A DNA stretch of 57,667 nucleotides from a virus (lineage: Duplodnaviria > Heunggongvirae > Uroviricota > Caudoviricetes), in IMG/VR virus record IMGVR_UViG_3300025682_000004, one strand, 5' to 3'. Numbering within the stretch: the first letter of the stretch is position 1; each line of letters starts with the position of its first letter. The translations under genes and the position numbers were made by a program. Under the pieces are notes generated by a model. That model was not told the DNA's origin, searched no databases, and saw nothing but the letters and a program-made list of their open reading frames with translations. Positions 27,294 through 37,554 of the stretch are shown here, piece after piece.

Positions 27294-29020
27294 TTAATTT
27301 TCGAAATTAAGATAATTATAGATAATTTTTTTATAATCTTTACCAAACAAATATTCTAATACTGAATATGGATTCCAATAATTTTCGTTAGTCATGGTAT
27401 ATAGAGGATAATCATCATCATCGTCAAAATCAATTAAATTTCCATCTTCGTCAACCAATGGTTTAATTAAAACATGCATAAAATCATCAGAATCAGAATT
27501 TTTGTTAAAATCTATAATAACATAAACCATATCGTTATGACTAAAAGCATACCAATCTCTATATGCTCTATCAAAACCACCGCCATAGGTAAAACACCAT
27601 AATGAATTGCAACCAATTTTTTTAATCCCTTCGGGTGAATCAACCCTTACAATCATTTTATTATCATGATTATATATAATTTCAAAATCTTCTGTTTTTG
27701 ATAATTCGATAATATCTTCTTTTGTAAATTCAACCCCACCAATTAAATTTTGTTTATCTTCAACAAAACTAAGTAATTCTGATAATGTTATATTATTTTT
27801 GAACATTTTATTTAGTATTTTTTCTTGCATTTTTTTATCTCTATTTGATAATAATGAATAGTGTGCAAAAAAATAATCTAAATTATGTAAATAAGTATCT
27901 AATTGGGAAATTATTCTTTCTTTACGAATATCATTTTTTAAATTTCTAATGGCAATTGATGGTAAATCTTTTATTTTTTGAATTATTAAACGTCTTTTAT
28001 ATAAACTTCTCATGATTACATCAATATCATTTGGATTAATATTAAAAACATCAAATCCAACAATAGGAAAAACATTTTTATTGTATGTTTTAACATCTTT
28101 ATATAAAAATTTCAAATCAATAATTGAATTAAAATCTAATTTATCTAATTGTTTTGTTTTTTTCATTTCATAATAAAAATCAGAAATTATTTTAGTATAA
28201 TTATCACCATTAGTAATATTTAAAATAATATTTTTATCTTCTTCAGTTAGTTTACCAGTATTAAAATAAACTTTATTTGCTAATTGTAAATTTTCAATTA
28301 ACAAATTTTTATGTTGAAAAAAATCCACAACAATTTCATTGATAATATTTTTCATATAATTTTGTTTATATTTTTTTATTTCTACTATTTTAATATCATT
28401 TGAATTAAAAATAGAATAATATTTATATCCAGATAGAATATCCATACACCCATCAATTCCATTTTTTAATAAAAATAAAGATGCATTTTTATCACCATTC
28501 AATAAATGTGATATTTTTTTATAAATAAGAAAACCAATATCATGAAGGTTAAAATCTAATATCTTTTTATTGTTTTTTATATTTAATAAAGAATAATATT
28601 TATTACATAATTTATTAATTTGATTATTATTAATATAGTTAGATATATAAAACCAAGAATTTTTATTGTCCGTATCAAATACTTCAGAAAAGGTCAACAT
28701 ATTTAAATCACTATCTATTTTTACCAATTCATTCCAAATTTTATTTTTAAAATTTTCAATTTCTTTTTCTATGTTGTATAATAATTTAAAATTATCATAG
28801 TTTATTTTTTTTCTATTAATTTTATAATAAAGGGATGTTAATATGTTATATAAAATATTTGGTTCTATTGGTTTATTAAAGTCAATTAAATGGTAATGAT
28901 TCTTATTATTGAACAATTTAACTTTATATATATAATTTCCATACTTAAGAGCAGTTTGTGGATTATCCACAAAATAAAAACCCCAACCTAAATGTAATTC
29001 TTTATTTGCTTTTATTTTAT
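27294..29020 (-). CDS. 5'-truncated ART-like domain fused to a second virion-type protein
   Basis: Frame stays open upstream of 28970 (ELHLGWGFYFVDNP) to the IS end but lacks the YHG strand; internal MKNIINEIV leader; later IGCNSLWCFTY motif. Confidence 0.5.
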
Positions 29021-29069
29021 ATGGGGGAGCGTAAAACCCACAAATCTTTAGTTTGTGGGATGTAAGCGA

Positions 29070-29483
29070 CTAACCTTGAGTGAGGATATACTGACGAATG
29101 GTATCTGGTGAAGCCTCACCAATAGAGCAAACAAAATACCCATCTGACCAAAAGGTACGCTCACGCCAAAAATGCTTGAATAGAAATGAACGATGTGATG
29201 AGTGCCAAATGTGATAGGTGGATTCTTGTTTTAACTTACGAACAATAGAGGTGATAGAAAGACGGGGAATGTAACGAATGAGGAAATGTATATGGTCTAA
29301 ATCTGACTCAAATACTTCAATTTCAAAATCTGAATTAGAAGTAATGTTTAAGAGAATGGAACGCATATCATCTTTTAACTGACCAACAAGTAACTTTTTA
29401 CGGTACTTGCAAACGAAAATGAGATGACACTTTAGGTAATGCTTTGAACGATTTGTGCTGATGTACTGTGATTTTTTAGACAT
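29070..29483 (-). CDS. tnpA: IS200-like HUH (Y1) transposase
   Basis: HLIFVCKYR, DHIH, FWSDGYF, YILTQ. Confidence 0.95.
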   Translation of the reverse strand: MSKKSQYISTNRSKHYLKCHLIFVCKYRKKLLVGQLKDDMRSILLNITSNSDFEIEVFESDLDHIHFLIRYIPRLSITSIVRKLKQESTYHIWHSSHRSFLFKHFWRERTFWSDGYFVCSIGEASPDTIRQYILTQG

Positions 29484-29574
29484 AATGAAGCAAGTTTTTG
29501 TGAAAGTTTTTACCCAAAGACGGAACTTTTACAAAAACTTGTGTATTTAGTATAAAAAGAGTATATTTGTAAAC

Positions 29575-30765
29575 GTGAAAACAATACATAGGACATATCG
29601 CTTTGAATTAAGACCAACACAAGAACAAAAAATGTTGTTGGAGAAGCATTTTGGATGCGTGAGATTCGTGTATAATCACTTTTTGAATGAGCGTAAGGAG
29701 CAGTATCAGGCAAACAAGAAGTCTGATAATTACTATGCTCAAGCAAAAACCTTAACTGAATTAAAAAAGCAAGAGGAAACTGTTTGGCTCAAAGAGGTGA
29801 ATAGTCAAACTTTGCAATTTGCTTTAAGGTCTTTAGATACAGCATATCTCAACTTCTTTCGTGGTAATGCCAAGTTTCCAAGATTTAAGTCAAGGAAAAG
29901 AAAGAATAGTTTTACCGTACCACAACATACAAAACTGATTAACGGTAAAGTTCACGTACCTAAATTCAAAGAGGGGATTAAATGTGTTGTTCACCGTGAA
30001 GTAAAAGGTGAAGTGGGTAAAATGACTTTTTCTAAAACACCTACTGGAAAATACTTTGTATCAATCCTAACCGAAGAACAGTATCAACCAAAAGAAAAAA
30101 CTGGTGCTGTTTGTGGTGTGGATTTAGGATTGAAAGATTTTGCTATTACTTCTGATGGAATCAAATTCAAGAATAACCGATATACCAAGAAATATGAAAG
30201 AGATTTAGCGAAAGCACAAAAACACCTTTCTCGTAAACAAAAAGGCAGTAGTTCGTTTGAAAGACAAAAACGAAAAGTTGCCAAGATACACGAGAAAATA
30301 TCCAACACAAGACAAGATGTATTACATAAGGTATCGCATCAACTTGTTTCTGATTATGACCTAATTGCTATTGAAGATCTTAATGTAAAAGGAATGATGA
30401 GCAATAGGAAGTTGTCAAAGCATATTGCAGACGCAAGTTGGGGTACGTTTGTAAGGTTCTTAGAGTACAAAGCAGATTGGAACGATAAACAAGTGGTTAA
30501 AATTAATCGCTTTTACCCTTCAAGCAAGACTTGTAATGTGTGTGGATGGATAAATCAAGATTTAAACCTTTCAGTTCGTGAATGGACTTGCAAAAATGGA
30601 CATCAATTAGATAGAGATGAAAATGCTGCAAAAAACATTCTGAATGAAGGATTAAAAATAATATCGGGTGGAACGCTCGATAACACGGGTGGAGATGGTG
30701 TAAGAAGTAGTAATACTCAACTATCTGTGAAACCCGAAGCCCATTTGTCTTTAGCAAATGGGTAG
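29575..30765 (+). CDS. tnpB: TnpB RNA-guided nuclease (IS605 type)
   Basis: GCVRFVYN, GVDLG, IEDL, PSSKTC, DRDENAA. Confidence 0.95.
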   Translation: MKTIHRTYRFELRPTQEQKMLLEKHFGCVRFVYNHFLNERKEQYQANKKSDNYYAQAKTLTELKKQEETVWLKEVNSQTLQFALRSLDTAYLNFFRGNAKFPRFKSRKRKNSFTVPQHTKLINGKVHVPKFKEGIKCVVHREVKGEVGKMTFSKTPTGKYFVSILTEEQYQPKEKTGAVCGVDLGLKDFAITSDGIKFKNNRYTKKYERDLAKAQKHLSRKQKGSSSFERQKRKVAKIHEKISNTRQDVLHKVSHQLVSDYDLIAIEDLNVKGMMSNRKLSKHIADASWGTFVRFLEYKADWNDKQVVKINRFYPSSKTCNVCGWINQDLNLSVREWTCKNGHQLDRDENAAKNILNEGLKIISGGTLDNTGGDGVRSSNTQLSVKPEAHLSLANG

Positions 30766-30770
30766 TTCAC

Positions 30771-30962
30771 TCCTAAAACTAAAGCACACATTGGTGTTAA
30801 TAAAACATTAAAACATTCCTTATCAATATAGCAACAATATTAATAACCTTCACCACGAATAATTTGAATATCATGTTCTAATTGAAAATTTAATATTTCT
30901 TTTAAATTAAAAAAATTTTCAGTTAATTCAATTTCTTTATTATGATAATAATCTATTTTCAT
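30771..30962 (-). pseudogene. gene fragment ending at the IS605 right end, with internal stop
   Basis: MKIDYY...RGEGY*YCCY...ALVLG; ATGA-coupled to the upstream gene. Confidence 0.5.
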
Positions 30963-31228
30963 TTTTTTATTAATTCCAATAATTCTAAATAAACATTTTC
31001 AATTTCTTCAAAAGAATATGCATATAATCTATTTTCTTTATGAATAAAAACAAACGCACCTTTTTTTTCTGGTGTTTCTTTTTTTGCCATATAATAACTA
31101 ATAATATTACTACTACTATTAAAATATAGTGGATATAATTCCTTACCAGTTTTTCTAAACCCAAACTCTTTTAGTTTTTCAAAAACTTTAACATGGTCGA
31201 ATTTTCTATTTTTTGTGATTTCTTTCAT
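30959..31228 (-). CDS. hypothetical protein
   Basis: ATG 31228 preferred; upstream TTG lies in the RNA stem. Confidence 0.6.
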   Translation of the reverse strand: MKEITKNRKFDHVKVFEKLKEFGFRKTGKELYPLYFNSSSNIISYYMAKKETPEKKGAFVFIHKENRLYAYSFEEIENVYLELLELIKK

Positions 31229-31246
31229 TATTTTTATGATATTAAA

Positions 31247-31528
31247 AGAGTTGTTTAGCAATACGTTATATAGTTAAAGAAAAAATCAAAAGCAACGTCA
31301 AAGACCTTCTCTCACCCAAGGACAAAATCAAAAACCAAGTCTTACAATTTGATGATTAATAATCATCATATAATATAAAAATTTTTGTGAGAGAAGCGGG
31401 TTTAAAAAAAAAATGTTTGTCAAACATTTACCACTTATGCTAATGATAAAATTTAATTAAATAAAGAACGTATTGCTAAACATAAAGAATGGTAAACTCG
31501 GCTTGTGCTTTATTTACCATTCAACTCT
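31247..31528 (-). ncRNA. candidate large structured RNA with 6-nt periodic repeats
   Basis: 16-bp perfect stem 31252-31267/31467-31482; 10-bp stem 31306-31315/31387-31396; further hairpins; UUG repeated every 6 nt. Confidence 0.6.
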
Positions 31529-31537
31529 ATTTATTAA

Positions 31538-32479
31538 TTATTCATTTCTATCATCCTTAATTTCAGATAAAAACATATCAATGATTTCTTGAAATCTTTC
31601 ATCAACTGAAATTCTCATTGAAACAATTTCTTTAATTCTTTTTTGTCTTTCAATTTCAAATTCATTCTGAATTGTTTTTATTTTTTCAGTATATTCATCC
31701 ATTGCAATTTTATATTCGGAATTCATTTTTTGATTTAATGCTTCTGTTTCAATTTGAATTTCTGTATTATGTTTTGCAATTCTTGCATTTTCATTTGTCA
31801 CCAAATTTTTTACAATGGATTTAAAATAGTTAACACGTTGTTCATGTTTACGATGCAATGCCGATAATTTTTCATGAATATCAAAAAGTTTATCCTGTGT
31901 ATGGTGAATTTCCACTTTAACAGGTGTTTTTTCACCAGATTTAATTTCCATCCATTCAACAGGTTTAATGTTTTTTAATTCATTTCTTAAATTATGCAAA
32001 ACACCATCTTTATGAATAAATTGACCAATATGTGCTGCATATGCTTCCGATTCAAGATATTCATTTATATCTGATACGCATAATTGTTCCCATCCCCACC
32101 TTTCATTAACTTTAGGAAGAAATTTAGCATGAGAATTAATTAAATCTGGTTTTTTTGGTTCTTCAATATCTGATATATCAGCAGATGTTGTCATAGTTTC
32201 ATTCAACATGGCATCTTTAGCCTTAATATTTTCCATTAAAAATGCTTGACAAGCATGTAATTTAGCCTTAAGTTCAAGCAATTCAATAATATTATCGGGC
32301 ATTGGTGTACCATTAACAAGTGTTAATTCCTCACCATCTACTTTAATTTTTTTACTTGAATTGTTAATGCTATTTAACTGCATATCAATTTCACTTGCTT
32401 TTTGAAAGCAAAGATTAGAAATACTTTGTGCTTGTGATAAACTCAAGCCTTTGTTTGGTGTTAATGAATTTTTTTTCAT
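31538..32479 (-). CDS. coiled-coil phage protein upstream of the candidate RNA
   Basis: 313 aa; GLSLSQAQSISNLC, EAYAAHIGQFIH; helical composition. Confidence 0.7.
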   Translation of the reverse strand: MKKNSLTPNKGLSLSQAQSISNLCFQKASEIDMQLNSINNSSKKIKVDGEELTLVNGTPMPDNIIELLELKAKLHACQAFLMENIKAKDAMLNETMTTSADISDIEEPKKPDLINSHAKFLPKVNERWGWEQLCVSDINEYLESEAYAAHIGQFIHKDGVLHNLRNELKNIKPVEWMEIKSGEKTPVKVEIHHTQDKLFDIHEKLSALHRKHEQRVNYFKSIVKNLVTNENARIAKHNTEIQIETEALNQKMNSEYKIAMDEYTEKIKTIQNEFEIERQKRIKEIVSMRISVDERFQEIIDMFLSEIKDDRNE

Positions 32480-32564
32480 GACAATATGTTTTTTATTGTT
32501 AATAATTTTTCCAAAATCTAAAAAACAAAATTAATGAATATTTTTTAAAAAACAAAAATAAAAA

Positions 32565-32936
32565 CTATTTTTCGTTAATATGTTTTAAAAATTCTTTCCA
32601 TTTTAATTTTATTCCATTGGGTATGTATAATTTCATTATTGAATTTTGTGGTTTATTGTAATATAATTTTAATTTACCCCAAAAATTTTTTTTTAAGTAG
32701 GCAATATCATAATAATTATTAATTTCTTTTTCAAAAATAGTATGATTATTTAATTGTGTAAAATGAACATCATTATTTTTTAAACTATTTTTAAATTTAT
32801 TTAGATTGTACCAATCCTTTATAAAATTACCACTATCGAATGAAATTTTTTTATTCAATGAATTATAATATAAATCAATAGATTTATATATAAATTTATT
32901 ATTTTTTTCTTCGTAATTAAAATTATAAATTGCCAT
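32565..32936 (-). CDS. hypothetical protein
   Basis: 123 aa ORF. Confidence 0.6.
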   Translation of the reverse strand: MAIYNFNYEEKNNKFIYKSIDLYYNSLNKKISFDSGNFIKDWYNLNKFKNSLKNNDVHFTQLNNHTIFEKEINNYYDIAYLKKNFWGKLKLYYNKPQNSIMKLYIPNGIKLKWKEFLKHINEK

Positions 32937-33612
32937 ATTCTATTTTTTTTGTAATTAAATATTTAAGAAACTGAAACATTCCAACTATTTTTTCTTTGAT
33001 GGACATTTTTTCATTTTTAAATCTAAAATCATATATTAAACGAAAAAACATTGGGAATTCGTTTTTAATAATTTGATATGCATAATAATCAGCATCCCTT
33101 TCAGTATGCTTACCCATATTTTTAAAAGCAAAATGGTGACCCAATTCATGTAAATATGTTATAAAATAACTTATCATCCCACCTAATTTAATTCTTTCAT
33201 TATCATATGCATTACATATTTCAATTCTTGGTAAAACTAAGGATTTAAAATTTTTGTTTGTTTTTGAATAGTCTTTATATTCTTCATCGTTTTTCGATAG
33301 TTTATTAATAATATCAATATATTCATTAATCTTTTCTTGATATTCATTATCATATGTATATATATATCTACCAAGAATTAAATCAACAAAATTTTCAATA
33401 TCTTTATTTAATTCATTATAGGAATAATCATAAACAAATATTTTTTCTTTTTTACATATTTCATCCAATTTTTTGAATATAAATTCAATGATTTTAGGGT
33501 GTTTTTCTAATTTAAAAAATAAAAAATATGAAAATATTCTTTCTGAAATAAATATTACTCCAAATGAAATAAAAAAATAAATTAAAACAAATATTAATGC
33601 TTTAGTTGCCAT
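32923..33612 (-). CDS. membrane-anchored HExxH metallopeptidase-like protein
   Basis: N-terminal hydrophobic helix; LHELGH...ERDADYYA. Confidence 0.55.
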   Translation of the reverse strand: MATKALIFVLIYFFISFGVIFISERIFSYFLFFKLEKHPKIIEFIFKKLDEICKKEKIFVYDYSYNELNKDIENFVDLILGRYIYTYDNEYQEKINEYIDIINKLSKNDEEYKDYSKTNKNFKSLVLPRIEICNAYDNERIKLGGMISYFITYLHELGHHFAFKNMGKHTERDADYYAYQIIKNEFPMFFRLIYDFRFKNEKMSIKEKIVGMFQFLKYLITKKIEYGNL

Positions 33613-33615
33613 ATT

Positions 33616-34083
33616 TTAATAATTATTATAGGTTATTTCATCTAAATTTAACATATAAATATTATCACAATTATTGTTTAAAAATTCATTAGTAATCATA
33701 ATCACAACACCATTTTTACTTATTTTTATCATATTTCTTATGAATTCAAAAATATTTAGTAAAGAATGATAATGTTTTAAACCAACTTTAATAATATTTT
33801 TATTTGAATTTATTATTAATGGTGTGTTTTTCTTTTCTTTTTTACTTAAAACAATTTGTTTTGGATTTATTTCTTTAGTTTCAATATTATAGTAAAAATA
33901 TTCTTTGGATATAAATTTAATTTTATCTATTGGTACATTATTTTCAATTAACAAAAATTTAAAATTCTTTTTTAATAATATTAGTGTTTCAGAATTATTA
34001 TCATTCATATTAACATAATCAAACTTTGTTTTATTGGTTAAATTAATTCCAATTATATTCATAATATTTTTTAATATTTTCAT
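33616..34083 (-). CDS. hypothetical protein
   Basis: 155 aa ORF behind a promoter. Confidence 0.55.
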   Translation of the reverse strand: MKILKNIMNIIGINLTNKTKFDYVNMNDNNSETLILLKKNFKFLLIENNVPIDKIKFISKEYFYYNIETKEINPKQIVLSKKEKKNTPLIINSNKNIIKVGLKHYHSLLNIFEFIRNMIKISKNGVVIMITNEFLNNNCDNIYMLNLDEITYNNY

Positions 34084-34108
34084 TATAAAGAATGATTTTA
34101 CTAAATAT

Positions 34109-34134
34109 TACGAATAAAATTAATAATTGTTACA
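34109..34134 (-). promoter_or_regulatory. ECF-sigma-type promoter
   Basis: TGTAAC-N16-CGTA on the minus strand. Confidence 0.75.
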
Positions 34135-34178
34135 AAAAAAAGAAAAAAAATGGATTATATTTTTTTTATTGTGTTTAT

Positions 34179-34684
34179 TTAATAAATAAACCTATTTTCT
34201 TTTTGGTATGGTTTATTAATTGCTTTTAATGCAATTTCAACTTCTTTAAGACATTCATCCTTACCACCACCCATAAGAACGATATTATTATATTTTTTTA
34301 ATTCATCCACCAAATCAGGAATATATATCATATCACCAGCCATATCCAATAATTCTCTAATTTCATTGGTATTTAAATTGGTATTTTCTTTTATATATTT
34401 TTCCCATAATGGTTTATTAATATCTCTACTATCAGTAATATCATTTTTTATCATATATCTTACCAAACTAACAATAATATCTTCTTCTATTTGATTATCT
34501 ATGCAATATCTAAAAAAAGCATATCCCTTATCATAAAAAATTAAATTATCAATTGTGTTTTTTTCCATTCCAATATTATACAACCATTCAACGTAATCAT
34601 ATTCAGTAATCATTCCTAAACTATCATAACCATTATAAAGTAAAACAATATTATTATTGTCTATATTATTATTAATATATTCAA
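34179..34684 (-). pseudogene. 5'-truncated cysteine-hydrolase-like gene abutting IS607 copy 2
   Basis: DKGYAFFR and VLMGGGKDECLKEV; the listed start codon lies inside tnpB and the frame does not join the other IS flank. Confidence 0.5.
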
Positions 34685-34719
34685 CCGTTAAAATTAATCT
34701 AACAAAATCTACTAATAGA

Positions 34720-35814
34720 CTAAATCGGACTAACTTCTTTGTAACAGACACCGTATTGTCCTGTGAGAAATCGATTCAAAATATTCTTACCAGCATTAAT
34801 ATCTGCATTGTCTTTGTGACCACACTTTAGACACAAGAATATCTCTCCTAATCGATTCCCCCTATCGGAGTGACCACAAACAGGACAGGTAGTACTGGTG
34901 TAGTAAGGTGCTACACTGCGAAAACTAATACGATTAGTCTCACACTGTGCTTCCAACCTTTTCAACCAGTACTTCCAATTCCATGTTCCGATAGAACGTC
35001 TAATACTTTTAGCCAATAGACGTTTGGCTTTTGACTTTTTACCCATGCTCTTTAGTTTTTCTACTACTATTAAGTCTGGATTCTCAGTATTTACTATTTC
35101 AATGGCAACCTCATCGATACGTTGTTTTAATGCCCTCTTAGCAACATAGTAACCATTACTACCTTGTACACAACGTTTAACTCGTTCAATACACTCCTTA
35201 ATATCTAAACCATACTGTTTACCATTATTCAATGAAGCCAGAGCATTGATACCAGTATCAATACCTATGCAAAGTTTACCTTCTCGTTTTGGTAATGTAA
35301 TTATCTCAAAACTAAACTGAACGTAGTTCTTGGTGATGATATATGAGTTCAGACGTTTACCTGTTAAGTTGTACTTATTAAAGTGCTTATGATACTTAAT
35401 CGGTAGGTCTAATATCTTCTTATTACCGATTGATGTAAGGTGTAACCAAGCATCAAATTCTGTAGATAGTTTACTTGGTATTAAATCAGCAATGGTACAA
35501 CTAACATACATTCGATTGCCTTTATGAACAGGAATAACTGCTTTATCCTTCCAACGTTCCTTGCTGGCGTTAATCATATCAATCGCTTCTCGTGCAGCAA
35601 CCTTTCTTAGACGTGCAGATAACCAAGATTCAGTGGGTAGGTCAACAACAGGTTTAAGTAGACTGCCTTTACTCATAATATTAGGATTCAACCAGAAGTA
35701 GTTAATGAAGAAGTTAACCACCTTAGAGTATTCGTCTAGGATGATTAACAACTCGTTCTTCTTTTTCTGTGTACTGAATTTCAGACTACACTTGGTTGAC
35801 CTAATTAGTTTCAT
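34720..35814 (-). CDS. tnpB: TnpB RNA-guided nuclease (IS607-associated)
   Basis: GIDTG / VVEKL / NADIN, CPVC..CLKC; homolog of 8220-9365. Confidence 0.93.
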   Translation of the reverse strand: MKLIRSTKCSLKFSTQKKKNELLIILDEYSKVVNFFINYFWLNPNIMSKGSLLKPVVDLPTESWLSARLRKVAAREAIDMINASKERWKDKAVIPVHKGNRMYVSCTIADLIPSKLSTEFDAWLHLTSIGNKKILDLPIKYHKHFNKYNLTGKRLNSYIITKNYVQFSFEIITLPKREGKLCIGIDTGINALASLNNGKQYGLDIKECIERVKRCVQGSNGYYVAKRALKQRIDEVAIEIVNTENPDLIVVEKLKSMGKKSKAKRLLAKSIRRSIGTWNWKYWLKRLEAQCETNRISFRSVAPYYTSTTCPVCGHSDRGNRLGEIFLCLKCGHKDNADINAGKNILNRFLTGQYGVCYKEVSPI

Positions 35815-36637
35815 TTCTATTTTTTAAAAATTCAATATAATCATTAACAGATTCTTTAAATGATAATTCAATATCAGATATCGTTCTCCCTTCGAATGTA
35901 ACTAAATCATCAATACCTTCTATTTTACCAAAGAAAATATTATCTTCTTCACTAAAATTAACACTTCCAGTATAACCGTTATAGTTTAAAGTATTCAAAG
36001 TATTTTGATTTGATTTTTCTTTCAATTTTTGTTCTTTAATCTCTTTTTTACGTTTAACACTTCTCTTGCCGTACAACTTCCCAGAGAACGATGCCATAAG
36101 CATCATGATATCATTCACAAATTCTTCTTCATTCGATATGTTCACGTTATCCACACATTCAATCTCTACATCATAACTGTTGAAGAATACCTTAATTAAA
36201 TTGAACTGGAATCTGGTTAGCCTATCCTTATTCTCGATGACCACCTTATTAATTTTCTTCTTAATCACCAAATCAACCATTCTTACGAATCCAGTTCGTG
36301 TGTCTGATAATCCAGAGCCAACATCCTTAATAATATGATGAACTACATACTTCTTCTTCGCACAGTACTCAGATAGTCGTTGAGACTGTCTATCCAAATC
36401 ACCTTTCGTTTTCTGTTCATGAGAACTCACACGAGCGTAAGTAACAACAGTATTAGATACACATTCTACTTTTAACTCACCGATAAACCGATTAACATCA
36501 TCCTCTCTATACCTACGATGACCACCAACTGTTTTTATCGGTGTGATGTTGATATTCTCTCTATCCCAATTTCTCAGAGTATTCTGAGAAACGTTTAAAA
36601 TCTTAGATGTTTGTGCAATAGTTAATAGTTTACTCAT
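35801..36637 (-). CDS. tnpA: IS607 TnpA with C-terminal HicB-like domain
   Basis: YARVSS, DRLTRF; tail YNGYTGSVNFSEEDNIFFGKIEGIDDLVTFEG...FKESVNDY. Confidence 0.88.
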   Translation of the reverse strand: MSKLLTIAQTSKILNVSQNTLRNWDRENINITPIKTVGGHRRYREDDVNRFIGELKVECVSNTVVTYARVSSHEQKTKGDLDRQSQRLSEYCAKKKYVVHHIIKDVGSGLSDTRTGFVRMVDLVIKKKINKVVIENKDRLTRFQFNLIKVFFNSYDVEIECVDNVNISNEEEFVNDIMMLMASFSGKLYGKRSVKRKKEIKEQKLKEKSNQNTLNTLNYNGYTGSVNFSEEDNIFFGKIEGIDDLVTFEGRTISDIELSFKESVNDYIEFLKNRNETN

Positions 36638-36848
36638 TCGTTTTATCCAATATTTTTAGGATAGTCTCTTTCGAAGAATCCAAAATCTTCTGGAACTCTT
36701 CAATCGATATATCCTCATCGACATCCAACTCAAATGGAATTGGATATACATCACCGTTATCAAGTTCGAATTCGGTTTTATCAACTCGAACTACTTTCAA
36801 CGATTTATTTTTTAGGTTCTCCATTACTTTATTAATTTGCTTTCTCAT
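36630..36848 (-). CDS. conserved small acidic protein inside IS607 (orfX)
   Basis: 72 aa homolog of 7071-7286. Confidence 0.8.
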   Translation of the reverse strand: MRKQINKVMENLKNKSLKVVRVDKTEFELDNGDVYPIPFELDVDEDISIEEFQKILDSSKETILKILDKTNE

Positions 36849-36905
36849 ATATATACTTTTAAATTTGTCAAAAGTAGTGTTTTTATGTTAAATTATTGTT
36901 AAATT

Positions 36906-37214
36906 TTAATATTTTTTTGTAGATTTTGTTAAATTTTCGTTAGCGGTTGATTCACCCTTTGGTTTTATATTTCGTTCTTTTTGTTTATTTTCACCATAAC
37001 TATCACCAGTCAAAAAATATAAAATTTTTTGTATTTTTTTTATTTTATTAACAATTTCATCAAATAAATCAAAATTTCGTTTTTTTCTTGCTCTTTCTAA
37101 TTCTACATTTTCTAAATAATTTAATTCTCTTTGTAGTTGTTTAATTTCATTACTTAAATTTTCATTTAAATATTCATGAATTGTATTATTTATTATTTTA
37201 TTTATGTTTTTCAT
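36906..37214 (-). CDS. hypothetical protein running into the IS607 left end
   Basis: Leader MKNINKIINNTIHEYLNE; the residues after KPKG are IS-derived. Confidence 0.55.
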   Translation of the reverse strand: MKNINKIINNTIHEYLNENLSNEIKQLQRELNYLENVELERARKKRNFDLFDEIVNKIKKIQKILYFLTGDSYGENKQKERNIKPKGESTANENLTKSTKKY

Positions 37215-37501
37215 TTTTTAAAAATTTTTGACTAATTGTTTTTCTGTAAATTCTTTTAATTTAAAAAGAATACCATTCATTTCATTTATAATTTTATCCA
37301 ATTCATTTTTTTGGTATATTATTATTGAATATCGTATGATAAATTTTTTCCACTCCCTTTTTAATTATTAAAAATGTTCTTTTATTATAAAATATTAAAT
37401 TCTTTAGGTTATTTTACATAAAATTGATTTTTTTTAAATTATTAATCATTAAAATATTTTTTTATAAATACTAAAGAAACTTTATGATTATAATAAACAA
37501 A

Positions 37502-37533
37502 AAATCCCATATGTTTTTTTTATATGGGATTTA
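37502..37533. terminator. probable intrinsic terminator
   Basis: aaatcccatat/atatgggattt inverted repeat downstream of 37555. Confidence 0.6.
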
Positions 37534-37554
37534 AATAATATATATATTTAACTT

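Larger units (their letters stand above)
29021..30770 (+). mobile_element. IS200/IS605-family element (divergent tnpA/tnpB, IS605 group)
   Basis: Subterminal hairpins 29037-29059 and 30740-30762 share a tctttag loop; right end TTCAC; left boundary after TTTAT is approximate. Confidence 0.88.
34685..36956 (-). mobile_element. IS607-family element, copy 2
   Basis: Left end GGtgaatcaaccgctaacga, right end TAACGG; taacaaaatctac present inverted at both ends. Confidence 0.9.
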
